A stretch of 48,769 nt of DNA, from IMG/VR virus record IMGVR_UViG_3300037484_000573, positions 1 through 48,769 of that record. One strand, 5' to 3'. The notes under the pieces were generated by a model. It worked only from the letters and a program-made list of their open reading frames with translations, did no database searches and was not told the origin of the DNA. Origin of the DNA: a virus. Lineage: Duplodnaviria; Caudoviricetes. Both the position numbers and the translations under genes were made by a program. Within the stretch, counting starts at the first letter, position 1, and each line of letters opens with the position of its first letter. This document shows, in pieces, positions 1-9,862 of this stretch.

Positions 1-78
1 CATGATCATGGGGTTGCCAGTGTTGCAACCCTCACCTTGTACTGCTGGATAGAGATTATTTACCGGATAATTAACCAT
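1..78 (-). CDS. queE: 7-carboxy-7-deazaguanine synthase QueE, 5' fragment (runs off the window edge)
   Basis: Not in the ORF track. Manual translation from ATG at 78 gives MVNYPVNNLYPAVQGEGCNTGNPMIM, matching the QueE N-terminal 'QGEGxxxGxP' motif. Overlaps the stop of the DpdA-like gene. Confidence 0.8.
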   Translation of the reverse strand, partial: MVNYPVNNLYPAVQGEGCNTGNPMIM

Positions 79-889
79 TTCGCCTCGCATTCCAATATTC
101 TACCAAGTCAATAAGTGATTTTGCGTCATAACGCAACGATACGCGCTCGTATTGCTTTGTCCTACCTTTTTTCAAGTCCCAACCCTCACAAATATCATCC
201 CCAATTAGATGCCAATTAGCTTCTAAGTCAGATTGATCTGAGACAGTTATCCACTTTGTTTCCCCCTCACTATGATACATAATCCGACCAAAACGAGATG
301 CCGCAGTCATCCAGGTTGTACCATCAATTGAATTGAGGGGGTAGTCACGAATGATAGAGGGAGTTGTCAGCCCCAAGCCGTGAGTTTTGATAGTCGGGTT
401 ATACTTCTGGATTAGCTCAAAGCATTGGTCAAGAAAAATGCGTACTCGTTCTTTTTCGCCCTGTTTACCCTTTACAGCCAGAGCAATATAATCATCGCCA
501 CTTTCAAGCATCTGAATTAGGTATTTCCAATCGCTATCAAGATGAAACGTGCAAAGAGATTTGATGCCCTCTTTACGCATATAGGAGTGATTTTGCCATG
601 TGGCATCCGCATCCCCAATAACGTCAAGTGACATAATCACTTCAAACTGTCTACCGTAAATATCACAGTAAAGGGTGTAGGTACTCAGGTCTATCCTGGC
701 TCCTACCGTCATGGCTGAAAATGCACCACTATCAAGAAATAGGGGGATGCCCTTTTGAGTGGCATATTTAATCGCCTTATTGTCAGGGCCATTGCCAGAT
801 ATGTAATGATAGGAAACAAGGAAAGCGAGGTGAGGTAAGTCCTCAAGATATTTGTAATTTGAGCCAACCCCGGCAAGGTATACTTTCAT
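71..889 (-). CDS. dpdA: DpdA/TGT-like deazaguanine DNA transglycosylase
   Basis: TGT-fold motifs LFLDSGAFS, SLDVIGD, HGLGLT, YPLNSIDGTTW; adjacent to queE. Confidence 0.75.
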   Translation of the reverse strand: MKVYLAGVGSNYKYLEDLPHLAFLVSYHYISGNGPDNKAIKYATQKGIPLFLDSGAFSAMTVGARIDLSTYTLYCDIYGRQFEVIMSLDVIGDADATWQNHSYMRKEGIKSLCTFHLDSDWKYLIQMLESGDDYIALAVKGKQGEKERVRIFLDQCFELIQKYNPTIKTHGLGLTTPSIIRDYPLNSIDGTTWMTAASRFGRIMYHSEGETKWITVSDQSDLEANWHLIGDDICEGWDLKKGRTKQYERVSLRYDAKSLIDLVEYWNARRNG

Positions 890-3774
890 ACTTTCAATGC
901 CTCCAAATCGAACAGAGTTAATTGCTTACTCTCAGCGAGTGCTTTTTCGGCGTTGGAATTTGAAAGTACAAAATATTCAGGCTTAAGCTCCATTGCCACT
1001 ACCTTGCGCCCTGTTCTAATAGCCCGGTCTAAGCAAGTACCAGAGCCACTAAATGGAGTGAATACCAACTCACCGGGTAGGGTATACATCTCAATCGGGC
1101 GCTGAATAACGACAAGGGGCAAGGGGCAAAGATGCTTATCGGCATCCTCGGTATCATGGAAATTCTTACTCCTGTCCAGGCCCAAAGTCTCTCCCTCTTG
1201 AACATCAAACCAAATACCCAGCGCAGTTTGTACCATGTTAAGCCAGCGTTCTTCACGGGGCATCTTAGCCAACTTGCCAAAGTCACTATCGAAGCCCTTG
1301 TCAGGCCATGCACCTTCAGCGTATAGAATCCACTTGTCACCATACATTTCTGAGTAAATCTCAACTTCTAATCCCTCGCATTTCGGGCATTGGTCAAGTG
1401 ACATAGCGTTAATTTCACCTGATTTATAATTGCGAGTTGTCTTGCTGTCATACCCGATTAAGCTACTGGCGTATCCCTGCCAACCGCATGATTTGCAAGT
1501 TGCCAAATCCGCCACTGCCCTGTCACTTTCGCCAGGCTTTTTGAACAAAAGCATTGTACCATTCATAGCTGGGGCAATACGTAAACGGTCTTTCTCCATA
1601 TTACCCATTGCCAAATTTGAGACATGCTTGACAATACTCTGCATCTGCTGATTTTTGATAATCGGGATTTTGCCAACTAATACCCAGCCCGCTTTGGCTG
1701 CTGCGCGAGTTACTTCGCCAGTAACGTCAAACAAACCGACATTGCCATCTAATCCCTTGCGTAATGGCACATCCTCCAAGTGCATTGCCATAATTCTACC
1801 GGGCTTGGTGACTGTTTTCATCCCCTCAAGAAAGAACTGAAACTGCAACATGAAGTCATCCATGCCCCCTACCGCTCCGGCCCCCCTGGTATTGCCCATA
1901 TCAGCCGGGTCACGGCTATAGGTGAAAACGTCACCTGGGAACGGGGGGCTAAATACTGACAAGTCAACCTTGTCAATTAGGCTATCATACATACCCCAGA
2001 GCGTCTCATAGCTCATATTCTCTTGACGCGCTAACTCCCGTGCCTTAGCTGGCTTATCCGTTGCCAGATAAATCTCCCGTATCATCAGCATTGATTTGAT
2101 ACTATCAGCATGATAAAGCGAGTAGTCACGAGTGATAATAGGTTCATACTTGACTGATTCAAATTCAGACATAGGTGCAAAATCCTCCAATAATAAAAAG
2201 TCTTTTAGTTCGTCTGCCAGAGAGCCGATGTAAAGGCGCTCCTGATAGTCAAAGTCCTGTTGCATGCTCTTTTGTTTCTTGAGCACGTTTTGAATAATCA
2301 CTTCTTCATATGCCGTATAAACGAGGTAAATGAGTACTTGCTCCATTTGACCGTATCTGTGAACACGCTTCACGGCCTGAAAATATTGCTCAAATGAGTC
2401 TTGAAGTCCTGAGAATATTTCGATAAAGCAAAATTGGAAGTTTAGGCCAAAGCCGAGTATACGAGGTTTGCTGATAATTACATCTAGCTCACCATGTCGG
2501 AACTGGTCAATTTGAGACAGGCGCGTTTCAGGCTTAGTTTTGCCGGTAATATGAGCAACCCTATAACCCTCACTGAGGAGTTTACGCTCTAAAATGTCGC
2601 CCTCTTCATCAAATACTGTCCAGACTATAACCTGCTTGCCGGCATGTGAAACAATAATGTCATGGATAGCTTGTGGCTTATTTGAGGTGACATAGCTCGT
2701 TGCCTCATCTCCGTTGTAGACAAACCCCTTGCTAATCTGGCTGAATTTGCTACGCTGACCCATGTCGCTAGGGGGAACTGCTATACCGGGTAAATAAGCC
2801 TGTTTACCCTTTTTGGCCCATTTCTTAATCAGGTCATCTTGCTCAGGCGTCATGTCAACAAGGATGTGTATTTCCTTCCAGGGCTTCAAATCGCGTAGAT
2901 TATTGTCAAACCCATAACTTGCAGGTGAGCGCATGAAGATGCTCCAACTTGCTAGGTACTGATAAAACTTCTCGGTAGCATGCCGGCGCAAAACATACTC
3001 GCCATCTTTGTTGACGAAGTACATTGAATAAAACTCTTTTTCAGAGTTGATGTAGCCCAGCCACCAGCAGATCATGGCATACTCGGTTTTGTCGTTGGGT
3101 GCAGGCGTACCACTTGCAGCAATACGACGTGGCACAAACTTACAGGCGCTAATCAGGTTACGGGCTATCTTGCCATTGCCACCTTGCCCACCCTTAAGTA
3201 TGCTGGCCTCATCAAGTAATACCAGTTCAATGTTGCGAGGTAACTCATCAATCTTGATAAATGCCTCATGGTTGATAAAGGCCACTGATTCATCATCAAG
3301 CAAGGCCCATTCTTTCAAAGTACGCTTGGAGTTATGCAAGTTGACACTGGCCGGAAAGTCATCAAAAAACGTCTGACACATCTCCTGAGATTGGGTGAGG
3401 ATGTTGAGCGCTGTAATATAAAGAATTTTACGCTCTGGATAAGCGGCATGTACCTGCCGAGCTACCTCACCTAATGCGTAAGTTTTGCCCAGGCCAGGGT
3501 CTAAAAAGATGCCATAGCACCCCTTAATAAAACTCACCTTAGCAATTACTTGCTGATAATCAAAAAGCTTTTCGGTAACTGACAAGGGGAGCTTGATACG
3601 CTCCTGATAAAAGCCATCAACGTGATTAGCCGGAAATGTGATGGTATTGTCAATCACCTTGTAAGTAGGCAAACCACGAATAGCGATGTAATCCAGATAA
3701 GAGGCAAGTGAAAAGTCATTAAAGGTTAATTCGGCCTGATTGCCGGTTATGGTTGGAGTGTTAGTTAGTTTCAT
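886..3774 (-). CDS. SNF2-like helicase fused to an N4-C/N6-A DNA methyltransferase
   Basis: Helicase motifs LDPGLGKT, LLDEAS, SGTP, GFGLNFQ, QAVKRVHRYGQ. C-terminal FSPPF precedes FTPFSGSGT (beta-class order), with a CKSC..CPKC insert. Confidence 0.85.
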   Translation of the reverse strand: MKLTNTPTITGNQAELTFNDFSLASYLDYIAIRGLPTYKVIDNTITFPANHVDGFYQERIKLPLSVTEKLFDYQQVIAKVSFIKGCYGIFLDPGLGKTYALGEVARQVHAAYPERKILYITALNILTQSQEMCQTFFDDFPASVNLHNSKRTLKEWALLDDESVAFINHEAFIKIDELPRNIELVLLDEASILKGGQGGNGKIARNLISACKFVPRRIAASGTPAPNDKTEYAMICWWLGYINSEKEFYSMYFVNKDGEYVLRRHATEKFYQYLASWSIFMRSPASYGFDNNLRDLKPWKEIHILVDMTPEQDDLIKKWAKKGKQAYLPGIAVPPSDMGQRSKFSQISKGFVYNGDEATSYVTSNKPQAIHDIIVSHAGKQVIVWTVFDEEGDILERKLLSEGYRVAHITGKTKPETRLSQIDQFRHGELDVIISKPRILGFGLNFQFCFIEIFSGLQDSFEQYFQAVKRVHRYGQMEQVLIYLVYTAYEEVIIQNVLKKQKSMQQDFDYQERLYIGSLADELKDFLLLEDFAPMSEFESVKYEPIITRDYSLYHADSIKSMLMIREIYLATDKPAKARELARQENMSYETLWGMYDSLIDKVDLSVFSPPFPGDVFTYSRDPADMGNTRGAGAVGGMDDFMLQFQFFLEGMKTVTKPGRIMAMHLEDVPLRKGLDGNVGLFDVTGEVTRAAAKAGWVLVGKIPIIKNQQMQSIVKHVSNLAMGNMEKDRLRIAPAMNGTMLLFKKPGESDRAVADLATCKSCGWQGYASSLIGYDSKTTRNYKSGEINAMSLDQCPKCEGLEVEIYSEMYGDKWILYAEGAWPDKGFDSDFGKLAKMPREERWLNMVQTALGIWFDVQEGETLGLDRSKNFHDTEDADKHLCPLPLVVIQRPIEMYTLPGELVFTPFSGSGTCLDRAIRTGRKVVAMELKPEYFVLSNSNAEKALAESKQLTLFDLEALKV

Positions 3775-3786
3775 AAATCACCTATC

Positions 3787-4074
3787 CTATAGAAAACTTC
3801 CAGCACTAAACCCATTGTCAGTCCATTCATGAACCTGATTAAGCTCATCATGAGCTAATTCAACTTTGCCATATTCAATTGGCTCAAATCCAACCGGCTG
3901 CCCATTGTCACCCAATAAGGTGACAAACTCGCCTTCTGGTTGATATGTATCTAGTTCAGCCTCGATTGCCGATAATTCATCTTGGGCCTTATTTAAGCCG
4001 CGTTGGGTCAGCGCAGACATCATATCATCAATAACCCTAACTCGCTCAAGTAAATGGTCAATTGTAGTTTTCAT
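3787..4074 (-). CDS. hypothetical protein
   Basis: 95-aa ORF overlapping the upstream stop codon in an operon. Confidence 0.6.
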   Translation of the reverse strand: MKTTIDHLLERVRVIDDMMSALTQRGLNKAQDELSAIEAELDTYQPEGEFVTLLGDNGQPVGFEPIEYGKVELAHDELNQVHEWTDNGFSAGSFL

Positions 4075-4904
4075 AATAATCTCCTTAATTCCTGTACTGA
4101 TTCTGAATTTGTAATATTGTTTAATTTGGCCCAGAGGCTGATTACATCAAAAGTGCCACAGCCGGCATAGCATCCCCCTACGTTGGATTTTTTGTCAATC
4201 CAGAAATTGTTATGCCGCCCGTGAATTGGACAATCACCCCGGTAGTATCGCCCCTCACCATCTAGCGGTTTAGCAGTAGGCACAAACTCCAAAATTGATA
4301 AGCCATTTTTAACTTGCTCGATAATAGATTCGCTGTTGTTATGCTGGATAGTGGGTGCATACTTGCTCTGCTTTGCTAATGGGTAAACCACCGGGGCAAG
4401 GTAAAGAGGGCTATAGTTCAAAATTTGCTCAGGTGACACAACTTTGATATTCGTTGGGTCATCCAGGCTTGTGTACACTCGCCCTGATTCGTGTACGCTG
4501 GGCGGGGTAGTAACGAGCTTACCAGAGCATTTAATCTCATACAACGCACCCTGAATAGAGTTGAGTTTGGCCGGTTCGGAGAGGTAATAATAGACGTGTA
4601 CGCCCCGATTACTTGAGACGCGATATGTGTCTAAAATCTCAGGCTGATATTCTAATTGTAGGATGTACCACGCGGCCCAGTTTTCTACAGAATCGAAATC
4701 AAGGACGCAAATTCCGCACCAGCCAGTAACGAGGGCGATATTTTTAGGTCGGTTGTCGTCATACCAGAGGCTTATTTGTACCTCGGTGGGAAGTTGCGTT
4801 TTGTAAGGTGTCCATTGTACGAGTGGACGCTTAGAACGGTAACAAAGGGGAACTGAGGCGATGCCTTGAGATAGCCAAAAGAGAGCGGTATCTTTAGGAC
4901 ACAT
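4071..4904 (-). CDS. bifunctional primase-polymerase (Prim-Pol) with C-terminal zinc finger
   Basis: SKRPLVQW, NIALVTG, VLDFD, RGVHVYY, PPSVHESGRVY; C-terminal CPIH...CYAGC (CHC2-like). Confidence 0.85.
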   Translation of the reverse strand: MCPKDTALFWLSQGIASVPLCYRSKRPLVQWTPYKTQLPTEVQISLWYDDNRPKNIALVTGWCGICVLDFDSVENWAAWYILQLEYQPEILDTYRVSSNRGVHVYYYLSEPAKLNSIQGALYEIKCSGKLVTTPPSVHESGRVYTSLDDPTNIKVVSPEQILNYSPLYLAPVVYPLAKQSKYAPTIQHNNSESIIEQVKNGLSILEFVPTAKPLDGEGRYYRGDCPIHGRHNNFWIDKKSNVGGCYAGCGTFDVISLWAKLNNITNSESVQELRRLL

Positions 4905-5372
4905 TCAAGTACCTCTCCCTACAGTGATTTTAATCTCACCATCAAGCCACATTTGAAGCAGCATAGAAATTATGATAGACATTCTAAGGCCATTAGCTGC
5001 CCTCTTTACATCTTTCCATAACTTGGAAGAAATATATATAGAATGGACATAAGAATGGTTTACAGACGCGCCTCTTCTTGGAAATTCTTTGGCATTATAT
5101 CCCTGCTTTGCCCCTGCTGTATCCTGCCAAAATCGCTCTCTTTTATCTAGCAAAATATTGTCAGTTTCAACCAACTCTAAAATATCAAACTGAAAAGATT
5201 CAATTCCGTACTCGCTTGCATCAACCTGCATTTTCTTATTAACATGTATCCCTCGCTTAAGCTGATTGACGTGTTGTTTCCATCTATTCTCAATATCAAT
5301 AGATGAGCCAACATAAACCCGGCCTGTATCCTCTTGAGTTATTCGATAGATACCCGATTGTCTAACTGACAT
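4905..5372 (-). CDS. GIY-YIG endonuclease
   Basis: SGIYRIT...VYVGSS...RWKQH...GYN. Start moved to ATG 5372, just after the HTH gene stop. Confidence 0.85.
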   Translation of the reverse strand: MSVRQSGIYRITQEDTGRVYVGSSIDIENRWKQHVNQLKRGIHVNKKMQVDASEYGIESFQFDILELVETDNILLDKRERFWQDTAGAKQGYNAKEFPRRGASVNHSYVHSIYISSKLWKDVKRAANGLRMSIIISMLLQMWLDGEIKITVGRGT

Positions 5373-5373
5373 T

Positions 5374-5586
5374 TTATTCCGCCTCTGGCTTGAAACTAAT
5401 CTCCATTCGATAGCCCAATGCACATGCCAGCTTATCTAATGTAGAGAGTTTGGTATCGCGCGGCCAGCCATCAGGGGAAATTAAAGAGGTTACAGTGTTA
5501 CGTGATAAGCCAGCCTTTTTTGCAATCTGCTTGATTGTCTTATCACTTTTACCCTTCACTATAATTCGCAGTTCATTATCGCTCAT
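5374..5586 (-). CDS. XRE/Cro-like HTH regulator
   Basis: TIKQIAKKAGLSRNTVTSL...TKLSTLDKLACALG; first gene after a leftward promoter. Confidence 0.8.
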   Translation of the reverse strand: MSDNELRIIVKGKSDKTIKQIAKKAGLSRNTVTSLISPDGWPRDTKLSTLDKLACALGYRMEISFKPEAE

Positions 5587-5625
5587 CCATTTGCCTCCAA
5601 AAGCATAAATTAAGATATATTGAGC

Positions 5626-5655
5626 ATTATACCACTAGACAGTAACAAATGTCAA
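5626..5655 (-). promoter_or_regulatory. sigma70-type promoter, leftward operon
   Basis: TTGACA-18 nt-TATAAT with a TG extended -10. Confidence 0.65.
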
Positions 5656-5701
5656 GTACAAGTTTATTATGTCCACTTCGTAATGGACTTTGCACGGTCT
5701 A

Positions 5702-5730
5702 TTGACAAAATATCTAATCCATGATACAAT
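5702..5730 (+). promoter_or_regulatory. sigma70-type promoter, rightward operon
   Basis: TTGACA-17 nt-TACAAT, divergent from the promoter at 5626-5655. Confidence 0.7.
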
Positions 5731-5742
5731 CTCCATACGCTT

Positions 5743-5767
5743 AATCATATCAATCATATCAATCATA
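5743..5767. repeat. tandem 9-bp repeats, possible operator
   Basis: AATCATATC AATCATATC AATCATA just downstream of the rightward promoter. Confidence 0.5.
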
Positions 5768-5788
5768 AAAATTCAGGAGCGTAACAAA

Positions 5789-6136
5789 ATGCGAAGTCCC
5801 AAACAACTCCAAAGTAAGTCTAAAACCCACCAAGTAATCCCCCTAGATCATAATACATTTAATGTAAAATCCGGCGCATCTGGCAACAGTTACCTAGTGC
5901 GCTTATATGCTGATATTCCCGGCGGCATGTGTGACTGCAAGTGGGGCGAATATCGGCGCTATGCTGATTTTTACCGCTCTGGTTGCTCACACGTTCAAGC
6001 AGTTTACCGTCATTTGGAAGGGTTGGCAGGCCGGAACATCAGCACTTGGAGCGACATGACCGAAGTAGGTAAACAGCATCGCCCCTTTGTAAATATTGGA
6101 GATGATATTTTATTGACCACTAGAAAGGCAGGTTAA
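5789..6136 (+). CDS. SWIM zinc-finger protein
   Basis: VKSGASGNSYLV...CDC...GCSH; SD CAGGAG precedes ATG 5789. Confidence 0.7.
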   Translation: MRSPKQLQSKSKTHQVIPLDHNTFNVKSGASGNSYLVRLYADIPGGMCDCKWGEYRRYADFYRSGCSHVQAVYRHLEGLAGRNISTWSDMTEVGKQHRPFVNIGDDILLTTRKAG

Positions 6137-6206
6137 ATGAACTAAAAACCCCCCAAGTACCAAAACAACCCAAATTCAAACTTTATGTACTCAGGAGAAA
6201 ATTACA

Positions 6207-7097
6207 ATGTCACTTTTTGCACCAATTCCACAAGATGAAAATGGCGGGCCATTGCTCAAATTTGTTGAGGCAATCTTTTTCGTAACCGGCCCAAAGACTT
6301 CCAAAGATAACAAGCAGTTTTACAGCTTTGATTGTCAGGCTACACCCTGGATTGACCCCGATAACGTTCCTACTGACCCCGATGCAATGAAGGTTAGAAA
6401 CTTCAAAACGAATAACCATCCGGCTAATCGGCTATTCCCCAAGTTTTGGGAATCCTTTTGCATCAAAAGCCATGACGCAACCGGCGCTACAGTTTGGACG
6501 GTATTACCCGCTTTTCAGCATGCCCTCAAAACGCCGGATGATTTATTCACTCAATTGGGAGAGCAGGCCAAAGTTTTCCTTATCAGTTACCGCACCCCCT
6601 TACTTCTTGTTCCAGCCAAGCCCGATGATTTGGAGTATGCCAAAAATAATAACGCTTTTCACAAGATCACTCAAAATGAAATCGGGCAATGGATGAAAAA
6701 GGAATACCCCTGGCAATTAGAGAAAATTTATACTGACCGCGCCACTTGGGAAGCTGATGCGAAGGCTAATGCGTCAAGCAATCCAGCGCCGGTTGTCGCC
6801 CCGGCTAATGACCCCGACTATGCCGCCGCTTTAAAGCACCTGCCCGTACTCGTTAAGGCATCCGGCCTTAACGTTGCTACACTGGAAACAATCCTGAGTA
6901 GCAATCCCCACGTTGCCAAATTCTTCAACATCAACTCTACTGAGGTTAAGCACGCTGTAGCTACTCAGGTGATTTTGCAAACCGGCCCGACCGATGAAAA
7001 CGCTATTAAAGGCGTCTTAATCGGGCTTAATGGCGGCGCATATCTGGACATTGAATCACCGGAGATTGTTAGCCAACGGGAAAGTGTAGCATTTTGA
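6207..7097 (+). CDS. hypothetical protein
   Basis: 296-aa ORF with SD CAGGAG; no family recognised. Confidence 0.75.
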   Translation: MSLFAPIPQDENGGPLLKFVEAIFFVTGPKTSKDNKQFYSFDCQATPWIDPDNVPTDPDAMKVRNFKTNNHPANRLFPKFWESFCIKSHDATGATVWTVLPAFQHALKTPDDLFTQLGEQAKVFLISYRTPLLLVPAKPDDLEYAKNNNAFHKITQNEIGQWMKKEYPWQLEKIYTDRATWEADAKANASSNPAPVVAPANDPDYAAALKHLPVLVKASGLNVATLETILSSNPHVAKFFNINSTEVKHAVATQVILQTGPTDENAIKGVLIGLNGGAYLDIESPEIVSQRESVAF

Positions 7098-7345
7098 TGA
7101 GTGCCATCAACGCATCTTTAAGGGAATTTGGTGATGGTCAGTATATCGTTGCCTATGTCGAAGTGGATAATCCGGCCTATCAACGTATCCGGCATTTCAA
7201 AAGCGTAGTCAGGGAAGTACCATACTTCGATACCCGCAATAAAGGTAAACAAATTGGTACAGATTTTTACTTTGAAAGAAAAAATCGCCCTGGCGAAATC
7301 ATAAAGAGATTTGAAGCATTATTAGGAGTTAGAATAGAGAAATAA
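7094..7345 (+). CDS. hypothetical protein
   Basis: Overlapping start/stop with the upstream gene. Confidence 0.6.
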   Translation: MMSAINASLREFGDGQYIVAYVEVDNPAYQRIRHFKSVVREVPYFDTRNKGKQIGTDFYFERKNRPGEIIKRFEALLGVRIEK

Positions 7346-7419
7346 AACCTTGCAGGACGTGAAAAACAAGGTACTTTATCGGCCTATTTAACGACTAATC
7401 AGCAAAAAGGCAGACAACT

Positions 7420-8082
7420 ATGATAATCAAACTTGACAGCAGAGAGCCGCCCCATGTCTACAATGCCATTGCCGCGCATCCCCTGCTAGGTATCCCCCAA
7501 GTAATGATGTTAGAAACGGGTGACATACATCTCGACAACATCATTGTCGAGCGCAAAGAACCTAACGACTTGCTACAGAGTATCAAAGATGGGCGCTTGT
7601 TTAATCAGTGTGTAGCAATGCGGGCTGAAAGTGAGTTTTGTTACCTGTTAATTTGTGGACAGCTTACTTGGGGATTTGATGGCAAGATAACCGGAACTGG
7701 CTGGAATTTTCGCTCAGTAGAGGGCACATTGCTCCAAGTCCAAGAGTTAGGCGTGGGGGTAGTGCATGCCCAGAATAGCGAGGATTTGGCAACCTCCCTT
7801 GCCTGGCTGGTATCACGCCAAAAGACACAGCACACGTTTTTACCAGTGCGTAAAGAGATGTTGGCAATGATGCCAGATGCGCGTGTTTTGTCCTCTCTAC
7901 CCGGCATAGGTAATGAACGCGCCCTTGAGTTGCTAAAAGAACGCAACCTGAGAGATGCCCTTTTGTGCCTACTTGACCCGGCCTGTAAAGTTGACGGCAT
8001 AGGGCCAAAAACAGTAGCAAATCTCAGGCAATTATTTAACTTAACTAATAATCAGACTTTGGAGGTAAAAACAAATGAATAA
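7420..8082 (+). CDS. ERCC4/XPF-family structure-specific nuclease with HhH motifs
   Basis: LDSREP, GDI, IVERKEPNDLLQSIKDGRLFNQ; LPGIG and VDGIGPK hairpins. Confidence 0.9.
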   Translation: MIIKLDSREPPHVYNAIAAHPLLGIPQVMMLETGDIHLDNIIVERKEPNDLLQSIKDGRLFNQCVAMRAESEFCYLLICGQLTWGFDGKITGTGWNFRSVEGTLLQVQELGVGVVHAQNSEDLATSLAWLVSRQKTQHTFLPVRKEMLAMMPDARVLSSLPGIGNERALELLKERNLRDALLCLLDPACKVDGIGPKTVANLRQLFNLTNNQTLEVKTNE

Positions 8083-8881
8083 CGCTTTAGCAGTGGTACA
8101 AAATTCACTTATGGAAGAATGGCAACTCGACAAAGAACTAGGCGAGTATGCCGCCCGCTCTGGCATTGGCAATATGTATGAAAGCGCCTTGAAAGCACAT
8201 GTAGCCCGTGAGTTAGGCATTTCCAGCGCCGCCGCTTTGAACGGAGTTTACATTATCGAAGGCAAGCCCAGTATTTCCCCCGCGCTAGCATGGGCCTTAA
8301 TCGTTAGCCATCCTCAATTTGATGGCTACACCGAAAAGCGCATGACTGATGCAACTGGCGCTTTTTATGGTTGGGAAATCACCCTCAAACGCAAAAACGG
8401 AGTACAGGCTACACGGCGCTTTACGATGGAAGATGCCCAGCGCATCACAGTTGGCAAGAGCAATCAGAAGTTAGCCGATAAAGACAATTGGAAGAACTAT
8501 CCCGAAAACGTTTGCTATTGGCGAGCAATGGGCTTTACTCAAGACATTGTTTGGCCCGATGTAACATTAGGTATGAAACGAAGCGATGAATTAGGCGCTG
8601 ATATTTCGCCTGATGGCAACGTTATTCAAGCCCCTGCTAACTATGTCATAGAGATGCCGCAAACCCCGCCAGTGCCCGTGCCAGGGGAAGTTATACCCCA
8701 ATACGGAATTGATACGGCCCGACTAATCGAGCTTGCCTCAACTGAAGAGATTATGGCAGCTAACGGCGGGCAATTCCCCCTTACGCCAGAAGATGTTAAT
8801 CGCACCGTTCATGGGCTGGTTATATCGGGTAAAATCACGCTTGAGGTCCAAAATGAGCAGAGCATCCCTAACCCTGAATAA
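8075..8881 (+). CDS. RecT/Bet-like single-strand annealing protein
   Basis: ARELGI..ALNGVYIIEGKPSI, FTMEDA, NWKNYPENVCYWRA resemble phage RecT-like recombinases. Confidence 0.65.
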   Translation: MNNALAVVQNSLMEEWQLDKELGEYAARSGIGNMYESALKAHVARELGISSAAALNGVYIIEGKPSISPALAWALIVSHPQFDGYTEKRMTDATGAFYGWEITLKRKNGVQATRRFTMEDAQRITVGKSNQKLADKDNWKNYPENVCYWRAMGFTQDIVWPDVTLGMKRSDELGADISPDGNVIQAPANYVIEMPQTPPVPVPGEVIPQYGIDTARLIELASTEEIMAANGGQFPLTPEDVNRTVHGLVISGKITLEVQNEQSIPNPE

Positions 8882-9683
8882 TGGTGATTTAATCCTAACT
8901 AGCCCCTTTGACCGGGGGCTAGTTGAGGATATTAAAGGCATCCCTTACCACGATAGGCAGTACATGCCAGCTACCAAACAATGGAGAATAAAGTACATGT
9001 GGGGTAGTGATGTTGCCGCTATGTGTAAAAAGCACTTAGGGCAAGACGTGATTGTGCCTAGCCAAATAACGCAACGTGATGCCGGCCTGACTATCAAACT
9101 GCTAAAAGTCGAGTACATTGGTAGTGTCAAGGACAGGAGCGATGGCTCACAAACGGCTACGGGCTGGGCAAATGGCGGGTGGAATGTCATCTTCCCCCAT
9201 AACGTACTCAGAGCATGGTTTGCCGATGAAAGTAAACCCGATGAGGCTCCAACGAGATATGCTCAGTTAGGCGTCAAGCCAAAGGCGACGGCAGATGAGA
9301 TTAAAAAAGCGTATCGCCTGGCCGCTAAAACCTGGCATCCTGATCTAAATAAAGACCCTAGCGCAAGTGAGCAATTCAGGCTTATCCAAGAGGCATATGA
9401 GATGCTAGGTAATGAGCAACAACGCCGGAAATATGACGCTGGGCTAATGTTTGAACGGGATTATGAAAAGAGCGCCAAGAAGCGTAAAGAAGTTGTTACG
9501 GAGAAATTTGGATGGCAGCCCCCAATCAGGTGTGGATTTATGGTGTGTGAAGGCGTAGAGAGTTTGGGTCGATTTACCGTTGCCAAAATCCTCTCATGGT
9601 CAACAATTACAAACGAGCGAGGGGAAGAAATGGTAAGCTACTGGCAACGTGGGCAAGATACTTTTAGCGTGGAATGGCTATAA
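8853..9683 (+). CDS. J-domain (DnaJ-like) protein
   Basis: YAQLGV...EIKKAYRLAAKTWHPDLN...FRLIQEAYEML...RRKYD; SD GAGG before ATG 8853. Confidence 0.85.
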   Translation: MSRASLTLNNGDLILTSPFDRGLVEDIKGIPYHDRQYMPATKQWRIKYMWGSDVAAMCKKHLGQDVIVPSQITQRDAGLTIKLLKVEYIGSVKDRSDGSQTATGWANGGWNVIFPHNVLRAWFADESKPDEAPTRYAQLGVKPKATADEIKKAYRLAAKTWHPDLNKDPSASEQFRLIQEAYEMLGNEQQRRKYDAGLMFERDYEKSAKKRKEVVTEKFGWQPPIRCGFMVCEGVESLGRFTVAKILSWSTITNERGEEMVSYWQRGQDTFSVEWL

Positions 9684-9684
9684 T

Positions 9685-9785
9685 AAAATGAGGGGTGCAA
9701 GGAAATGATGAGCCTTTGCACCCCTCAAAAGAAAAGAGGTAAACCGTGACTAGAAAGATTATAACTAAAAAGCGTAAGCTGTCAA
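9685..9785 (-). ncRNA. putative antisense sRNA with promoter and terminator
   Basis: Minus-strand TTGACA-16-TATAAT (9785-9758); hairpin TGAGGGGTGCAA/TTGCACCCCTCA followed by T residues. Confidence 0.55.
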
Positions 9786-9862
9786 CAAAAGACATTTGGC
9801 TGTTGCTCGACTTGAGCTTACAGCATGGCTATCAAGCAGTCAATTGGGAGTTGTGGGTATGA
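9746..9862 (+). CDS. small 38-aa leader-type ORF
   Basis: SD AAGAGG, GTG start, MTRKIITKKRKLSTKDIWLLLDLSLQHGYQAVNWELWV; stop overlaps the next ATG. Confidence 0.55.
   Translation: MTRKIITKKRKLSTKDIWLLLDLSLQHGYQAVNWELWV

Noticed and set aside
1029-3376. Short ORFs inside or opposite the SNF2-MTase gene
   Set aside because: Shadow frames with no motifs.
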